Source: an uncultured Planctomycetota bacterium (GTDB taxonomy: Bacteria; Planctomycetota; Planctomycetia; Isosphaerales; Isosphaeraceae). Taken from it: a stretch of 64,000 nucleotides of DNA. Both the position numbers and the translations under genes were made by a program. The first letter of the stretch is position 1. Every line of letters starts with the position of its first letter. The DNA lies in assembly GCA_963737655.1 (NCBI GenBank), contig CAVTTN010000002.1:416001-480000 (forward strand), read 5' to 3'. The notes below the pieces were generated by a model. The model saw only the letters and a list, made by a program, of their open reading frames with translations, was not told where the DNA came from and ran no database searches. Positions 17,499-29,083 of this stretch are shown here, piece after piece.

Positions 17499-17642
17499 GG
17501 ATCGGGTCCGGTCGCGGCGGTCGAGGCCGCCGGACTCCCGCCGATTCGCCCCCTTCGGATGCTCGCCATGCCCTCGCCGAACGACCGCCCCTCCCTGCGC
17601 TCCGACACCATCACCAGAGGCGACTCCCGCGCCGGCCATCGC
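17487..17642 (+). repeat. Direct repeat copy 2 (functional ilvD 5' region)
   Basis: See copy 1; offset 1032 bp. Confidence 0.95.
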
Positions 17643-19454
17643 AGCTTGCTCCGCGCCACCGGGGTCCAGGAAGGGGACTGGGGCAAGCCGTTCATCGCGA
17701 TTTGCAACAGCCATGTCGACATCATCCCGGGCCACGTCCACCTCCAGGAGGTGGGCAATTACGTGAAGGAGTGCGTCCGCGAGGCGGGCGGCGTGCCGTT
17801 CATCTTCAACACGATCGGCGTGGACGACGGGATCGCGATGGGCCACAGGGGGATGAAGTATTCCCTCCCCTCTCGCGAGCTGATCGCCGATTGCGTGGAG
17901 ACGATGATCGAGGCCCACCGCTTCGACGCCATGATCTGCATCCCGAACTGCGACAAGATCGTGCCGGGGATGTTCATGGGGGCCATGCGATGCAACATCC
18001 CCACCCTGTTCGTCTCGGGCGGGCCGATGGAGGCGGGGAAGACCGAATCGGGCCAGACCGTGGACCTGATCGACGCCTTCATCGCGTCGGCGAAGAGGCA
18101 GCAGGGGCAGATCTCGGCCGAGGAGCTGGAGGCCATCGAGATGGCCGCCTGCCCGACGTGCGGGAGCTGCTCGGGGATGTTCACGGCCAACAGCATGAAC
18201 TGCCTGGCGGAGGCGATCGGGATGGCGCTGCCCGGCAACGGCACGATCCTCGCCACGTCGGCCGATCGCAAGTCGCTGTACCGCCGGGCGGCGAAGCGGG
18301 TGGTCGAGATGGCCCTGGACTTCGCCCGACTCGGGCCCGGCCACGGGATCCTGCCCCGGGAGATCGCCAGCCTCGCCGCGTTCGACAACGCGATGATCCT
18401 CGACATGGCGATGGGCGGCAGCACCAACACGCTCCTTCACCTCCTGGCGATCGCCCACGAGGCCGAGGTCCCGTATTCGATGGGCCGGATCAACGAGCTC
18501 GCCCGGAAGACGCCCAACCTCTGCAAGGTGGCGCCCTCGGGCAAGTACCACGTCGAGGACGTGGCCCGGGCCGGGGGGATTCACACGATCCTGGGGGAGG
18601 TCGCGCGAGGCTGCCCCGGCCTGCTCGACCCGTCGGTGCCGACGGTCACCGGGCATTCCCTGGGCGAGAACATCGCCGCGTATGACGTCCGCCAGGCGGA
18701 ATCGGCGGCCCATGCCCGGGACCTCACCAGGGTCCGGCCCGGAGGGAAGCGGACGACTCGCGCGTGGAGCGTCCCGAGCGTGGCGGAGGACCCGGAGACG
18801 TCGCTGGCCGTCCTGGACGCCCCCGAATCGGCGGAATCCGGCGACGGATTCGATCCGTTCGACGTGATCCGCACGGTCGAGACCGCCTATTCGGCCGAGG
18901 GGGGCCTGTCGATCCTCTACGGCAACCTCGCCCCCGATGGCGCCGTGGTGAAGACGGCCGGAGTGGACCCGGCGATGCTCCGCCACGTCGGCCCGGCGGT
19001 GATCTTCGAGAGCGAGGAGGACGCTTATAACGGGATCGTCTTCGGCAAGGTGAAGGCCGGCGACGTGGTGGTGATCCGGTACGAAGGCCCCCGGGGCGGC
19101 CCCGGGATGCAGGAGATGCTGGCGCCGACGACGGCGATCAAGGGGGTGGGACTGGGGGAACGCTGCGCCCTGGTGACCGACGGCCGGTTCTCCGGAGGGA
19201 CGGCCGGGGCGTCGATCGGCCACGTGAGCCCCGAGGCGGCGATGGGAGGGCCGATCGCCCTGATCCGCGAGGGGGACGCCATCGAGATCGACATCCCGGC
19301 CGGGCGGCTCTCGGTCAGGCTGTCCGACGACGAACTGGACGCGAGGCGCCAAGCCTGGTCGCCGCCGGCTCCGAAAATCTCCAGGGGCTACCTCGCCCGG
19401 TACGCCCGGATGGCCACCAGCGCCGACACGGGGGCCATCCTGCGATGGGAATGA
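17559..19454 (+). CDS. ilvD: Dihydroxy-acid dehydratase
   Basis: [60 protein letters not shown] (start may be 17568). Confidence 0.98.
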   Translation: MLAMPSPNDRPSLRSDTITRGDSRAGHRSLLRATGVQEGDWGKPFIAICNSHVDIIPGHVHLQEVGNYVKECVREAGGVPFIFNTIGVDDGIAMGHRGMKYSLPSRELIADCVETMIEAHRFDAMICIPNCDKIVPGMFMGAMRCNIPTLFVSGGPMEAGKTESGQTVDLIDAFIASAKRQQGQISAEELEAIEMAACPTCGSCSGMFTANSMNCLAEAIGMALPGNGTILATSADRKSLYRRAAKRVVEMALDFARLGPGHGILPREIASLAAFDNAMILDMAMGGSTNTLLHLLAIAHEAEVPYSMGRINELARKTPNLCKVAPSGKYHVEDVARAGGIHTILGEVARGCPGLLDPSVPTVTGHSLGENIAAYDVRQAESAAHARDLTRVRPGGKRTTRAWSVPSVAEDPETSLAVLDAPESAESGDGFDPFDVIRTVETAYSAEGGLSILYGNLAPDGAVVKTAGVDPAMLRHVGPAVIFESEEDAYNGIVFGKVKAGDVVVIRYEGPRGGPGMQEMLAPTTAIKGVGLGERCALVTDGRFSGGTAGASIGHVSPEAAMGGPIALIREGDAIEIDIPAGRLSVRLSDDELDARRQAWSPPAPKISRGYLARYARMATSADTGAILRWE

Positions 19455-19634
19455 TCGGGCGTCATGGCCGTCACCCCCGGCGCAACCCGTTCTGGCCGAT
19501 CGGAAACCGCCGAGGGGCCGGCGAGTTGGCTCGGGTCGCCCCGATGCCCGGCCGATACGAGAGCAGACAAGTCCCGGACCCCCTCACGGCGGGGGAGGCG
19601 GGGAAAATATTGCGTGCATGGGTGGATTTTCTAT

Positions 19635-19664
19635 TTGACAGGGGTGGCGCGCGACTGTTATCGT
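19635..19664 (+). promoter_or_regulatory. Putative sigma70 promoter upstream of the surface-protein genes
   Basis: TTGACA-18 bp-(TGT)TATCGT with an AT-rich upstream tract. Confidence 0.45.
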
Positions 19665-19777
19665 CGTGAGACATCCGGTCATATAGGGACGAGATAACGC
19701 CGGCCCCCGAGGTGGGGGGGCGCCACCGGACGGCGCGTTCGAGACCCGGTCCTCTGCGCGATCTGGAGATGACTCTC

Positions 19778-22700
19778 ATGAGCGGTAGCCGATTGGGCCA
19801 TGGGCGGCCGGGGGGACGGGTCCGCCGCGAGGCGAGGCGGCCGGGCGTCGAGGCCCTGGAGGCCCGCCGGCTGCTGGCGACGTTCACCGTCACGAACAAT
19901 CAAGATTTGCTGCTGGGCGTGGTCGTCCCGGGCTCGCTCCGGGACGAGATCGACAAGGCCAACGCCAATCCGGGCCCCGACAAGATCGTCTTCAACATCG
20001 CCGGCTCGGGCATCCACACGATCGAGCCCTCGATCGCCCTGCCCACGATCACCGACGCGGTGTCGATCGACGGCACGACCCAGCCCGGTTACGCCGGGCA
20101 GCCGCTGATCGAGATCGATGGCGCGATCGCGGGGGTGGGCGTCCCGGGCCTCCGCCTGGCCAGCGGCAGCATCCTGGTGAAGGCCCTGGCGATCAACCGC
20201 TTCACCGGGGCGGGCATCCGGGTCGAGGCCAACCAGGACACGATCCAGCTCTGCTTCCTCGGCACCAACCCCACGGGCAACTCCGCCGAGGGCAACGGCG
20301 ACGCGGGTCTGTACCTGGCCGGCGCCTCCAATACGATGATCGGCGGCTACGACGCCACGTCCGGGTCGTCGCTGGGGAATGTGATCGCCGGCAACGGGGC
20401 CGGGGGGATCAACATCTTCGGCAACGGCGCCACGAGCAATCAGGTGCTGGGCAACTTCATCGGCACCGACGTCTCGGGCGGCCGTGGGGTCGGCAACACG
20501 GGCGACGGCCTGATCATCAACGGCGGCAGCTTCAACCTGATCGGCGGGACCGACCTGGGTTCGGCCAACGTGATCTCGGGCAACTCGGGCAACGGCGTCC
20601 ACATCCTGGGCGGCGCCCACAACAACTCGGTCATGGACAACTACATCGGCACCGACGGCAGCCCGTCGGGCGCCGGCACCGGCTCCACCTCCGGCGGCAA
20701 TATCCCGGTGGCCAATGGCGCCGCCGGGGTCGCGATCAATGACTCCCCGCGCAACTTCATCGGCGGGAGCGGCGACCCGAACGGCGGGAACATCATCTCG
20801 GGCAACACGGGCGCGGGCGTCCTGATCAACAATTCCAATTCCGTGCTGGTCCAGGGCAACATCATCGGGGCCGACTACTCGGGCACCAAGAACCTCGGCA
20901 ATCTGGGCACGGGCGTCGATGTGGTCATGAGCTCCGGCGTCCAGATCGGCGGGACGCTCTCGGGCGCCTCGAACATCATCGCCTTCAACGGCAAGCCCGG
21001 GTCCAGCGGCGGGGCAACGATCGAGTCGGGCACGAACAACCCGATCCTCAACAACTCGTTCTTCAGCAACTACGGCCTGGGGATCATCCTGAGCAGCCCC
21101 GGGGGCCAGCCGGTCCTCAACGGCTCCCAGGGGACGACCGGGCCGAATAACTATCAGCCGTTCCCGGTGCTGACCGAGGCCGCCACCGCCGCCGGGAGGA
21201 CGCTGATCCAGGGCACGATCACCGCCCAGGCCAACACCGTCTACACCATCCAGTTCTACTCCAATGCGAGCCGGGACCCGAGCAACTTCGGCGAGGGCCA
21301 GTCCCTGATCGGCACGAAGCTGATCACCACCGACGGCACGGGCCTCGGCACGATCAACGTGACGCTGCCCACGCCCACGGTCGTCGGCCAGTACGTCTCG
21401 GCCACCGCCACGGACCCCATGGGCAACACGTCCGAGTTCTCCCTGGACCAGCAGGTCACCCAGGCGAACCAGGCGAACCTCGCCGTGGCGATCGTCGCCA
21501 CGCCGAACCCCTCGACGCTCGGCTCGCCGCTGAGCTACACGCTGACGATCTCCAACAACGGACCGGACCCGGCCACCGGGGTCCAGCTCGTCGACACCCT
21601 GCCCCTGGGCGTCACGTTCGACTCGGCCACGGCGACCCAGGGGACCGTCTCCCCGGCCGCGAACCTGGTCATCGGCGACATCGGCACCATCGCCCCGCTG
21701 GCGACGGTCACGGTCACCATCGTCGTGACTCCCAACGCGACCGGCCAGGTCGTCAACACGGCCAACGTCACCTCCGGGGAGATCGACCCGGACACCAGCG
21801 ACAACACGGCCACCCAGACGACCACGGTGGACATCCCGGCCGACCTGGGCGTGACCCTCAAGAGCGACCCGACCTCGGTGACCGTCGGCCAGAACGTCAG
21901 CCTCGTGGCGATCGTGACCAACTTCGGCCCCGGGGCCGCGACCGGGGCGAAGATGACGATCACGCTGCCCCCGGGCGTGAGCTACGTCACGTCCGCCTCG
22001 GGGCAGGGGTCCACCACGTACGCCAACGGCGTGGTCACGGCCAACATCGGCACCCTGGCCAACGGCGTCTCCTCGGCGGTCCGGGTCACGGTCACGGCGC
22101 CGATCTCGGTGCCGGCCTCCGGCGCCCTGAGCGTCTCGGCGAGCGTCTCGGCCAACGAGATCGAGCCGGCCGGGCCCGACCCGACGCCCAACACGGTGAC
22201 CCTGGCCGTGCCGGTCCTGCCGTCGTCGGACCTCTCGGTCACGCTCACGCCCAACCCCGAGCCGATCCTCGCCGGCCAGAACCTCACCTACAGCTACGTC
22301 GTCCAGAACAACGGGCCGAGCGCGGCGACCAACGTCCTGTTCAGCAACGTGGTCCCGGCCGGCGTCCAGTTCCTCGCGGTTCCTCCGCCGAGCCAGGGAT
22401 CGGCGCTCTACGACGGGACGACCGTCTCGGCCAACCTCGGCACGATCGCCCCGGGCGGGTCCGTCACCGGCACCTTCGTCGTCCGGCCGCTGAACCCCGG
22501 CTCCTCCCCGACACGGCCCGGGTCTCCGCCGATCAGCCCGACCCGGTCCTCACCAACAACACCGCCACCATCGTTTCGACGGTGAGCCCGGCGGACCTCG
22601 GCCTCTCGGTCTCCGCCACGCCCGACCCGGCCGCCGCCGGCCACAACCTGACCTACACGATCATCGTCAGCAACGCCGGGCCCGCCGACTCGACGAATAC

Positions 22701-24413
22701 GACCGTCGTCGACGTCCTGCCCCTGGGCGTCACGTTCGTCTCGGCCACGCCGACCCAGGGGAACGTCACCTTCGCCGCCGGCAAGGTCACCGCGAACCTC
22801 GGGACGATCACCAGCGGGGCGAGCGTCCCCCTGACCATCGTGATCACGCCCTCGACTTCCAGCCAGATCGTCAACACGGCCTCCGTGACGTCCGATCAGG
22901 TGGACGTGGACCCGGCGAACAACACGGTCCAGACGACCACGAACGTCAGCCCGGCCGACCTCGGCGTGGGCGTCGGCATCCTGCCCTCGACGGTCCTGGC
23001 CGGCAACCCGGTCACCTTCACCGTCTTCGCCACGAACAACGGGCCGAACGTCGCCACCAACTCCGTGGTCGCCAACCTCCTGCCGACCGGCTTCACGCTC
23101 GTCTCGGCGACCGCCACGCAGGGGACCGTGCTGACCGGCGGATCGGGAGTGGCCGTTCAGCTCGGCAGCCTCGCCCCGGGGGCTCGGCCACGCTGACGAT
23201 CGTGGCCGTGGCCACGAGCTCCGGGACGTTCACCGACAACGCCTCGATCTCGGCCGATCAGTTCGACCCGAATTCGACGAACAACGTCGCCTCCGGGACG
23301 GTCACCGTGACCAACGGGCCGGGCACCCTCCAGTTCTCCGCCCCGAGCTACACCTTCAGCGAGACGGCCCGGACGGCCCAGGTCACGATCGTCCGGGCCA
23401 GCGGGAACCTCGGCGCGGTGACGGTCAACTACGCCACGGCCGACGGCACGGGGGTGGCGGGGACCAACTACACGGCCGTCTCCGGGACGCTCACCTTCGC
23501 CGCCGGTCAGCTCTCGCAAACGATCAACGTGCCGATCCTCGACGACGGCGTGGTCAACGGCAACAAGACCGTGAACCTCGCCCTGAGCAGCCCGGGAGGC
23601 GGGGCCTCGCTCGGCTCGCCGTCCACGGCGACCTTGATCCTGACCGAAGGGGACTTCGACGTCACCGGCCCGCAGGTCACGAACGTCCAGCCGGTCGGCG
23701 CCGGGCGGCTCTCGGGGGTCACGATCACCTTCAGCGAGCCGCTGGACCCGGCCCGCGCCACCAACCCGGCCAACTTCGCGCTCTACGGGCCGACCAAGGC
23801 GGGCGGGCTCGCCCCTGTGGCGATCCTCCCGCCGACCTATGACGCCTCGACCAACACCGTGACCATCACCGCCGCCCAACCCCTGGCCCTGAACACCAAT
23901 TACCGGCTGGTCGTCAACGGGTCGAGCACCTCGGGCGTGGCCGACATCTACGACAACCTGCTCCAGGGCAGCGGCAGCAACGGCACCGACTTCGGCGCCT
24001 ACTTCGCCCGGGGCACGGCCCTTCGCTACACCGACCACGACGGCGACCACGTGAGCCTGAACCTCAAGGGGGCCGGCTACCTCGACCTGTACCGCCTGGA
24101 CAACGGCGAGGGGCAGACGCTCACCGTCGTCGGCGGGGGACGGGGCCGGAGCGTCCTGAGCGGGTCGGTCCGCAAGGGGGCCGCCGGCAGCGACGGGGTG
24201 ACGACGTTCGCCCAGATCCTCGGGGCCGGCTTCGGCCAGGTCAACTCGCGGTTGACCACCGGGCCGTTCTACGTCTCGACGGTCACCGCGCTGATCAAGA
24301 CGAAGTCCAAGGGCGCCTCGGCGGCGATCGCCCACGCGACGCCCGCCCATGCCGTGCCGAGCCTGTCGGCGAAGTTCTTCGCCCGGGCCGCGAAGCGGAC
24401 GGCCCACCGCTGA
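19778..24413 (+). CDS. Large surface protein: LEPRxLL-type signal, beta-helix repeats, about 5 DUF11 domains, Calx-beta, Ig-like and C-terminal domain; frameshifts near 22505 and 23180
   Basis: EALEARRLLA; NVISGN/GNFIGTD repeats; NNGP..AT...D.LP DUF11 repeats run across three abutting ORFs; VTVNYATADGT Calx-beta. Confidence 0.85.
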
Positions 24414-24509
24414 TCCCCGATCGCCTCGAACCGCATCCCCACCCGGGGCGGAAGCGTCCCGGGCCGGGGCGCCTGCGCCCGAGGTCTCGACCCTGTCCCG
24501 GAGTCCCCG

Positions 24510-26984
24510 ATGTCACAGGATGGACGCCGCCCCCGACGGTTCCTCGCCTCGGTCGATCGCCTGGAAGACCGTCGCGTCTTGACCTCGCTGGTGGGACTCA
24601 CCCAAACCGGCGTCCTGGAACGGTTCGACTCGGCCCAGCCCGGGACGATCCTCGGCTCGGCCTCGATCACGAACCTCCAGTCCGGCGAGTCCATCCTGGC
24701 CCTGGCCACCCGGACGACGACCGGCCAGCTCTACGGCCTGGGCAGCTCCGGCCGGCTCTACGTCCTGAACCCGACCAGCGGGATGGCCCGGATGGTCGGC
24801 TCCGGCCCCCTGGCGGCCTCCCTGAGCGGCTCGGACTTCAACCTCACCTTCGACCCGGTCTCCGGCGCCCTGCGCCTGACCAGCAATTCCGGGCTCGACT
24901 TGAGGGTGGACCCGGACACCGCCGCCGTCACGATCGACGCCAACCTCGCCTATTCCCAGTCGGATTCCGGCGCGGGTTCGGCGCCGGCGATCGTCGGCGA
25001 GGCGTACTCGAACAACGTCGTCGGGGCCGCCACGACCACGCTCTACGGGATCGACGCGACTCGGGGCGTCCTGGTCCTCCAGGGGTCGCCCAACGGCGCC
25101 CCGGTCTCCCCGAATTCCGGGCAGCTCACCACCGTCGGGAACCTGGGCGCGGTCGCGACGGCCCCGGGCGGCCTGGTGATCGACGGCGCCCAGGGCCTCG
25201 CGGCCTTGATCCCCTCGGGATCGGGTTCCTCGACGCTCTACAGCGTGAACCTCGCCACCGGGGCGACCACGACCATCGGCAGCATCGGCGGGCCGACCCC
25301 CGTGATCGACATCGCCCTTTTGGCCCCGGGCCAGACCGTCTACGGCCTGACCTCCGCCAACTCGCTGATCGCCTTCGCCAGCAACACGCCCGACACCACC
25401 ATCCGCAACCAGGCGATCACCGGGATGCTGCCGGGCGAGGTGGCCCTGGGCATCGATTTCCGGCCCGCCACCGGCGGCCTCTACGCCGTGGGGAGCTCCG
25501 GGCGGCTCTACACGATCAACCCGACGACCGCCGTGGCCTCGATCGTCGGCGCCGGCGTCCCGTTCAGCCCCGCCCTTCAGGGCAACCGCGTCTCGATCGA
25601 CTTCGACCCCGCCACCGACCGCCTCCGCGTCGTCAGCGACATCGGCCAGGACCTGGTGATCAACCCCGACGACGGACTCGTCGAATCGAGCGATCCGCCC
25701 CTGACCTACGTGGCCGGAGACCCCAGCGCCGGGCTCGCCCCGGACGTCGTCGGCATCGCGTACACCGGCGCCGTCGGCTCGGCCGGCTCGACGATGTACG
25801 GGATCGACTCGGCCCGGGATAACCTCGTCCGCGAGACCGTCGACAACTCGGGGAACCTCGCGACCGTCGGCGCGATCGGCCAGGCCACGACGAACTTCAC
25901 CGGCTTCGACATCGCGTCCAACGGCCAGGCGTTCGCCTCGTTGACCCCGCCGGGCTCGCCGACCTCGCTGTTCACGACCATCAACCTCACCACCGGGGCG
26001 GCCACGCCGATCGGCGCGATCGCCGGAGGGGTGACTGTCGCGGACCTCGCCGTTGCGCCGTCGGGCCTCGCCCAGTTCGCTTCGCCCGCCTACTCGGTCA
26101 GCACGGCGTCGCCGTCGGTCACCCTGGTCGTCAACCGGGTGTCGGGATCGACGGGCACCTCCACGGTCGACTTCGCCACCAGCAACGGGTCGGCCCAGGC
26201 GGGCGTCGACTACTTCGCCACCTCGGGCGTCCTGACGTTCGGCCCCGGCGAGACGTCCAAGGCCATCTTCGTCACGCTGATCCCCGGCTCGGTCACCTCG
26301 GGGTCGCGGACGTTCAACGTGACGCTCACGCCGGTGCAGGGGGGGCTGGGCGTCGGCTCGATCGCCTCGGCCGTGGTGACCATCAACGCCCTGGCGCCGG
26401 CCTCGACCGGCACCCTCCGATCGGCCGATTTCCAGGGGCCGGCGCCCGCCGTGTCTTCGGTCCTCCTGAGCTTCTCCGGGCCCATCGACCCGAACCTGGC
26501 GTCCGACCCGTCGCGGTTCGCCGTCGAGGCCACGGCCCTGAAGTCCTCGACGGCGACGGCCGTCTCGATCGCCTCGGCGACCTATAGCGTGACGGCCCAT
26601 ACCGTCCTGCTGACGTTCACGTCGCCGATCGCGCTCGCCCCGCTCTCCGCGCTCCGGGTCTCGGCGACCGGGCTCGGCCCGAACGGGGCCAACGCGACCC
26701 TGGATTACACCCTCCTGCACGGCCGGACCGTCCGCTACCGAGACGCCGACGGCGACCGCGTGACCCTGAGCCTGACCGGGCGAAAGGCCTCGCTCGACGT
26801 GATCCGCCAGGCCAGCGGAGAGGCCCAGGGCGCCTGGGTGGACGGCCCCGGATGGGTCGTCACCGGCGGCGTGGCGGCGAGACGAGGCTCCAACCACAAG
26901 ACCTCGATCGCCCGCTTCACCACCAACGGTGCGCGGCTCAGGCTGCCCCGAAAAATCGTGATCGGGCAGACGTCTTCAAGTTAA
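24510..26984 (+). CDS. Surface protein with two DUF4394 beta-propeller-like domains, Calx-beta and Ig-like domains
   Basis: RLEDRRVLT signal; GIDFRPATGGLY, DFDPATDRLRVVS, LYGID motifs occur twice; VDFATSNGSA Calx-beta. Confidence 0.85.
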   Translation: MSQDGRRPRRFLASVDRLEDRRVLTSLVGLTQTGVLERFDSAQPGTILGSASITNLQSGESILALATRTTTGQLYGLGSSGRLYVLNPTSGMARMVGSGPLAASLSGSDFNLTFDPVSGALRLTSNSGLDLRVDPDTAAVTIDANLAYSQSDSGAGSAPAIVGEAYSNNVVGAATTTLYGIDATRGVLVLQGSPNGAPVSPNSGQLTTVGNLGAVATAPGGLVIDGAQGLAALIPSGSGSSTLYSVNLATGATTTIGSIGGPTPVIDIALLAPGQTVYGLTSANSLIAFASNTPDTTIRNQAITGMLPGEVALGIDFRPATGGLYAVGSSGRLYTINPTTAVASIVGAGVPFSPALQGNRVSIDFDPATDRLRVVSDIGQDLVINPDDGLVESSDPPLTYVAGDPSAGLAPDVVGIAYTGAVGSAGSTMYGIDSARDNLVRETVDNSGNLATVGAIGQATTNFTGFDIASNGQAFASLTPPGSPTSLFTTINLTTGAATPIGAIAGGVTVADLAVAPSGLAQFASPAYSVSTASPSVTLVVNRVSGSTGTSTVDFATSNGSAQAGVDYFATSGVLTFGPGETSKAIFVTLIPGSVTSGSRTFNVTLTPVQGGLGVGSIASAVVTINALAPASTGTLRSADFQGPAPAVSSVLLSFSGPIDPNLASDPSRFAVEATALKSSTATAVSIASATYSVTAHTVLLTFTSPIALAPLSALRVSATGLGPNGANATLDYTLLHGRTVRYRDADGDRVTLSLTGRKASLDVIRQASGEAQGAWVDGPGWVVTGGVAARRGSNHKTSIARFTTNGARLRLPRKIVIGQTSSS

Positions 26985-26997
26985 CCGTCGGGGTCTC

Positions 26998-27134
26998 CTC
27001 TGTAGAAAACCCCGGTGATGGAAAGGAATCGAGTAGGTCCGACTTCAGTCGGGCCTACCAGTCTAGACAACGTTGTAGGCCCGACTGAAGTCGGACCTAC
27101 TCGATCGACCTCGTCGAACGGGTTTTCTACGGAG
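26998..27134. mobile_element. Element A (MITE/REPIN), intact 137-bp reference copy
   Basis: TIR CTCTGTAGAAAACCC / GGGTTTTCTACGGAG (14/15); perfect inverted pair of GTAGGTCCGACTTCAGTCGGGCCTAC. Confidence 0.85.
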
Positions 27135-27145
27135 CAGGCGGATTC

Positions 27146-27170
27146 CCTCTCCCCGGCCTCCGGGGAGAGG
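27146..27170. terminator. Hairpin between convergent genes
   Basis: CCTCTCCCCGG-CCT-CCGGGGAGAGG. Confidence 0.45.
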
Positions 27171-27204
27171 TTCCCTCGTTCCCGGACGATCACGAGGACG
27201 CCAT

Positions 27205-28320
27205 TCACTCCGGGTCCAGGGCCTGCAACTCCTCGGGGACGAACCGGCCATCGACCCGGATCGGCTGGCCGTCGAAGGCGATCGTCCCTCCTCCGCATTC
27301 GCTCCTCTGGATCTGCACGAGGTCCCAGTGGATCTTGGAGCGATTGCCGTTGTCGGCCTCGTCGTAGGCGTTGCCGGGGGTCAGGTGGAAGCTGCCGGCG
27401 ATCTTCTCGTCGAACAGGATGTCGCGCATCGGGTGCAAGATCCGGGGATTGCAGCCGATCGACCATTCCCCCACATATTTGGCCCCCTCGTCCGAATCGA
27501 AGATCGCCCGGAGCTTCGCCGGGTCGCCGGCCTCGCAGGTCGCCTCGACGATCTGGCCATCCCGGAATTCCAGGCCCACGCCGTCGAACGACGATCCCTG
27601 GTAGATCGTCGGCGTGTTGAACCGGACCCGCCCGTTCACCGAGTCGCGGACCGGGCAGGTGAAGACCTCGCCGTCGGGGATGTTCATCTGCCCCGCGCAG
27701 GGGACGACCGGGATGCCCTCGATCGAAAACCGCAGGTCGGTCCCCGGCCCGGTGATCGTGACCTCCCGGGCCGCCTCCATCCGTTCGACCAGGGGCCGGA
27801 GGGCTTTCGCCAGCTTCGGATAGTCGAGGTTGCAGACGTCGAAATAGAAATCCTCGAACGCCTCGGTGCTCATCCCGGCCTGCTGGGCCATGCTGGCCGA
27901 GGGCAGGCGGAGGACGCACCATTTCGTGTGCTTGACCCTCTGCTCGAAATGCACGGGCATCACGTACAGGCCGTTGTACAGCCCCAGTCGGTCCTGGGCG
28001 ACGTCGGCCATCTCGTTGATGTTCTTCGCGCCTCGGAGTCCGAGGTACGCCTGGACGTTCTTCATCCGCAGGAGGTCCGCCTCGGCCCAGAGTTTCATCT
28101 GGGGCTCGGTCGCGTGGCGGACCATCTCGCGGAGGAGCCGGGTCGATCGGGTCTCGATCAGCACATGAGCCCCCTTCCTCGCGGCCTTGCGGGCGAGGAG
28201 GCGGGGCAAGGTGTCGTCTTCCAGGTCGAAGCATTCGATCAGGAGCGTCTCGCCGGCCGAGAGCCGGGTCGAGTGATTCACGAGGATGTCGGCCAGGGCG
28301 TCCCAGCGAGGATCGGGCAT
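27205..28320 (-). CDS. Aminopeptidase, M29 family (AmpS/AmpT-like)
   Basis: NIPDGEVFTCP, ILFDEKIAGSFHLTPG, NRSKIHWDLV. Confidence 0.93.
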   Translation of the reverse strand: MPDPRWDALADILVNHSTRLSAGETLLIECFDLEDDTLPRLLARKAARKGAHVLIETRSTRLLREMVRHATEPQMKLWAEADLLRMKNVQAYLGLRGAKNINEMADVAQDRLGLYNGLYVMPVHFEQRVKHTKWCVLRLPSASMAQQAGMSTEAFEDFYFDVCNLDYPKLAKALRPLVERMEAAREVTITGPGTDLRFSIEGIPVVPCAGQMNIPDGEVFTCPVRDSVNGRVRFNTPTIYQGSSFDGVGLEFRDGQIVEATCEAGDPAKLRAIFDSDEGAKYVGEWSIGCNPRILHPMRDILFDEKIAGSFHLTPGNAYDEADNGNRSKIHWDLVQIQRSECGGGTIAFDGQPIRVDGRFVPEELQALDPE

Positions 28321-28477
28321 GAGCGGGGTCCGGGGATCGAGGGTCGAGCGTCATCGGCCCCTCAGTGTACGCCCGACCGCTCGTCCGGGCCATCTTCGGG
28401 GGATCATCCTCTCTCCTCCGCCCGCGATCCGATAAACTGTGAGGGTGGCGATCCCGGCTTCGAGGGGGATTCCGGTC

Positions 28478-29035
28478 ATGACTCGGAGGACTCAGGCAGC
28501 GATCGCCGTCGGGGCCGCGGTCCTCGTCGCGATCGGCGCGACCGCGTATTTCACGCTCCGCGACCGGCCCCAGACCGTCCACGTGAAGGCGGAATCGATC
28601 GCCGACGAGGACGGCCACTTCCACTGGCGGTGGACGTTCACCTCCAACGGCCGATGGGAGTCGTTCGGCCAGGGACTTCTGGGCGGGGAGAACGTCCTCG
28701 CCCTCGAACCGCCCGGCAAGTACGACTCGGGGCCGATCCGCTTCTTCAAGAGGGCGACGGGGAGCGGGGCGAACGTGTTCGTCTACGAGATCGAGGCGAA
28801 GGCCGGCGCGAACTCGACCGCCCCGGGCCGCGAGCCCGTCACGATCGACCTGAAGTTCCGCGGGAACAACGGAGGCGCGCCCTCGATGACCGGGAACCAC
28901 TCCACGCAGATCCCCGAGCGGACCTGGCGATCCCAGTTCCGGGCGATCCAGACCTCCGAGGCCACGTACAAGGTCCCCGCCACGATCCGATTAGGGGTCG
29001 TGGAAGGGACCACGGAGGTCATCGAGTTCCGCTAG
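28478..29035 (+). CDS. Hypothetical protein with N-terminal membrane anchor
   Basis: Hydrophobic N-terminus; coding-like composition. Confidence 0.65.
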   Translation: MTRRTQAAIAVGAAVLVAIGATAYFTLRDRPQTVHVKAESIADEDGHFHWRWTFTSNGRWESFGQGLLGGENVLALEPPGKYDSGPIRFFKRATGSGANVFVYEIEAKAGANSTAPGREPVTIDLKFRGNNGGAPSMTGNHSTQIPERTWRSQFRAIQTSEATYKVPATIRLGVVEGTTEVIEFR

Positions 29036-29083
29036 AGGGCCGAATCCCGGGGATTCCGTCGGGTGGGGTGCCTCGCTCGCGGA

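Noticed and set aside
16455..17642. Assembly artefact as the cause of the ilvD duplication
   Set aside because: The copies differ by two substitutions, have distinct flanks and enclose a coherent TA pair; this is not fully excluded without reads.
19455..19777. Riboswitch or ncRNA in the long ilvD-surface protein intergenic region
   Set aside because: No recognisable conserved aptamer motif by eye; an Infernal/Rfam scan would be needed.
19712..24413. Three separate DUF11 genes
   Set aside because: DUF11 repeats run across the ORF junctions and are restored by single-base insertions; it is one gene.
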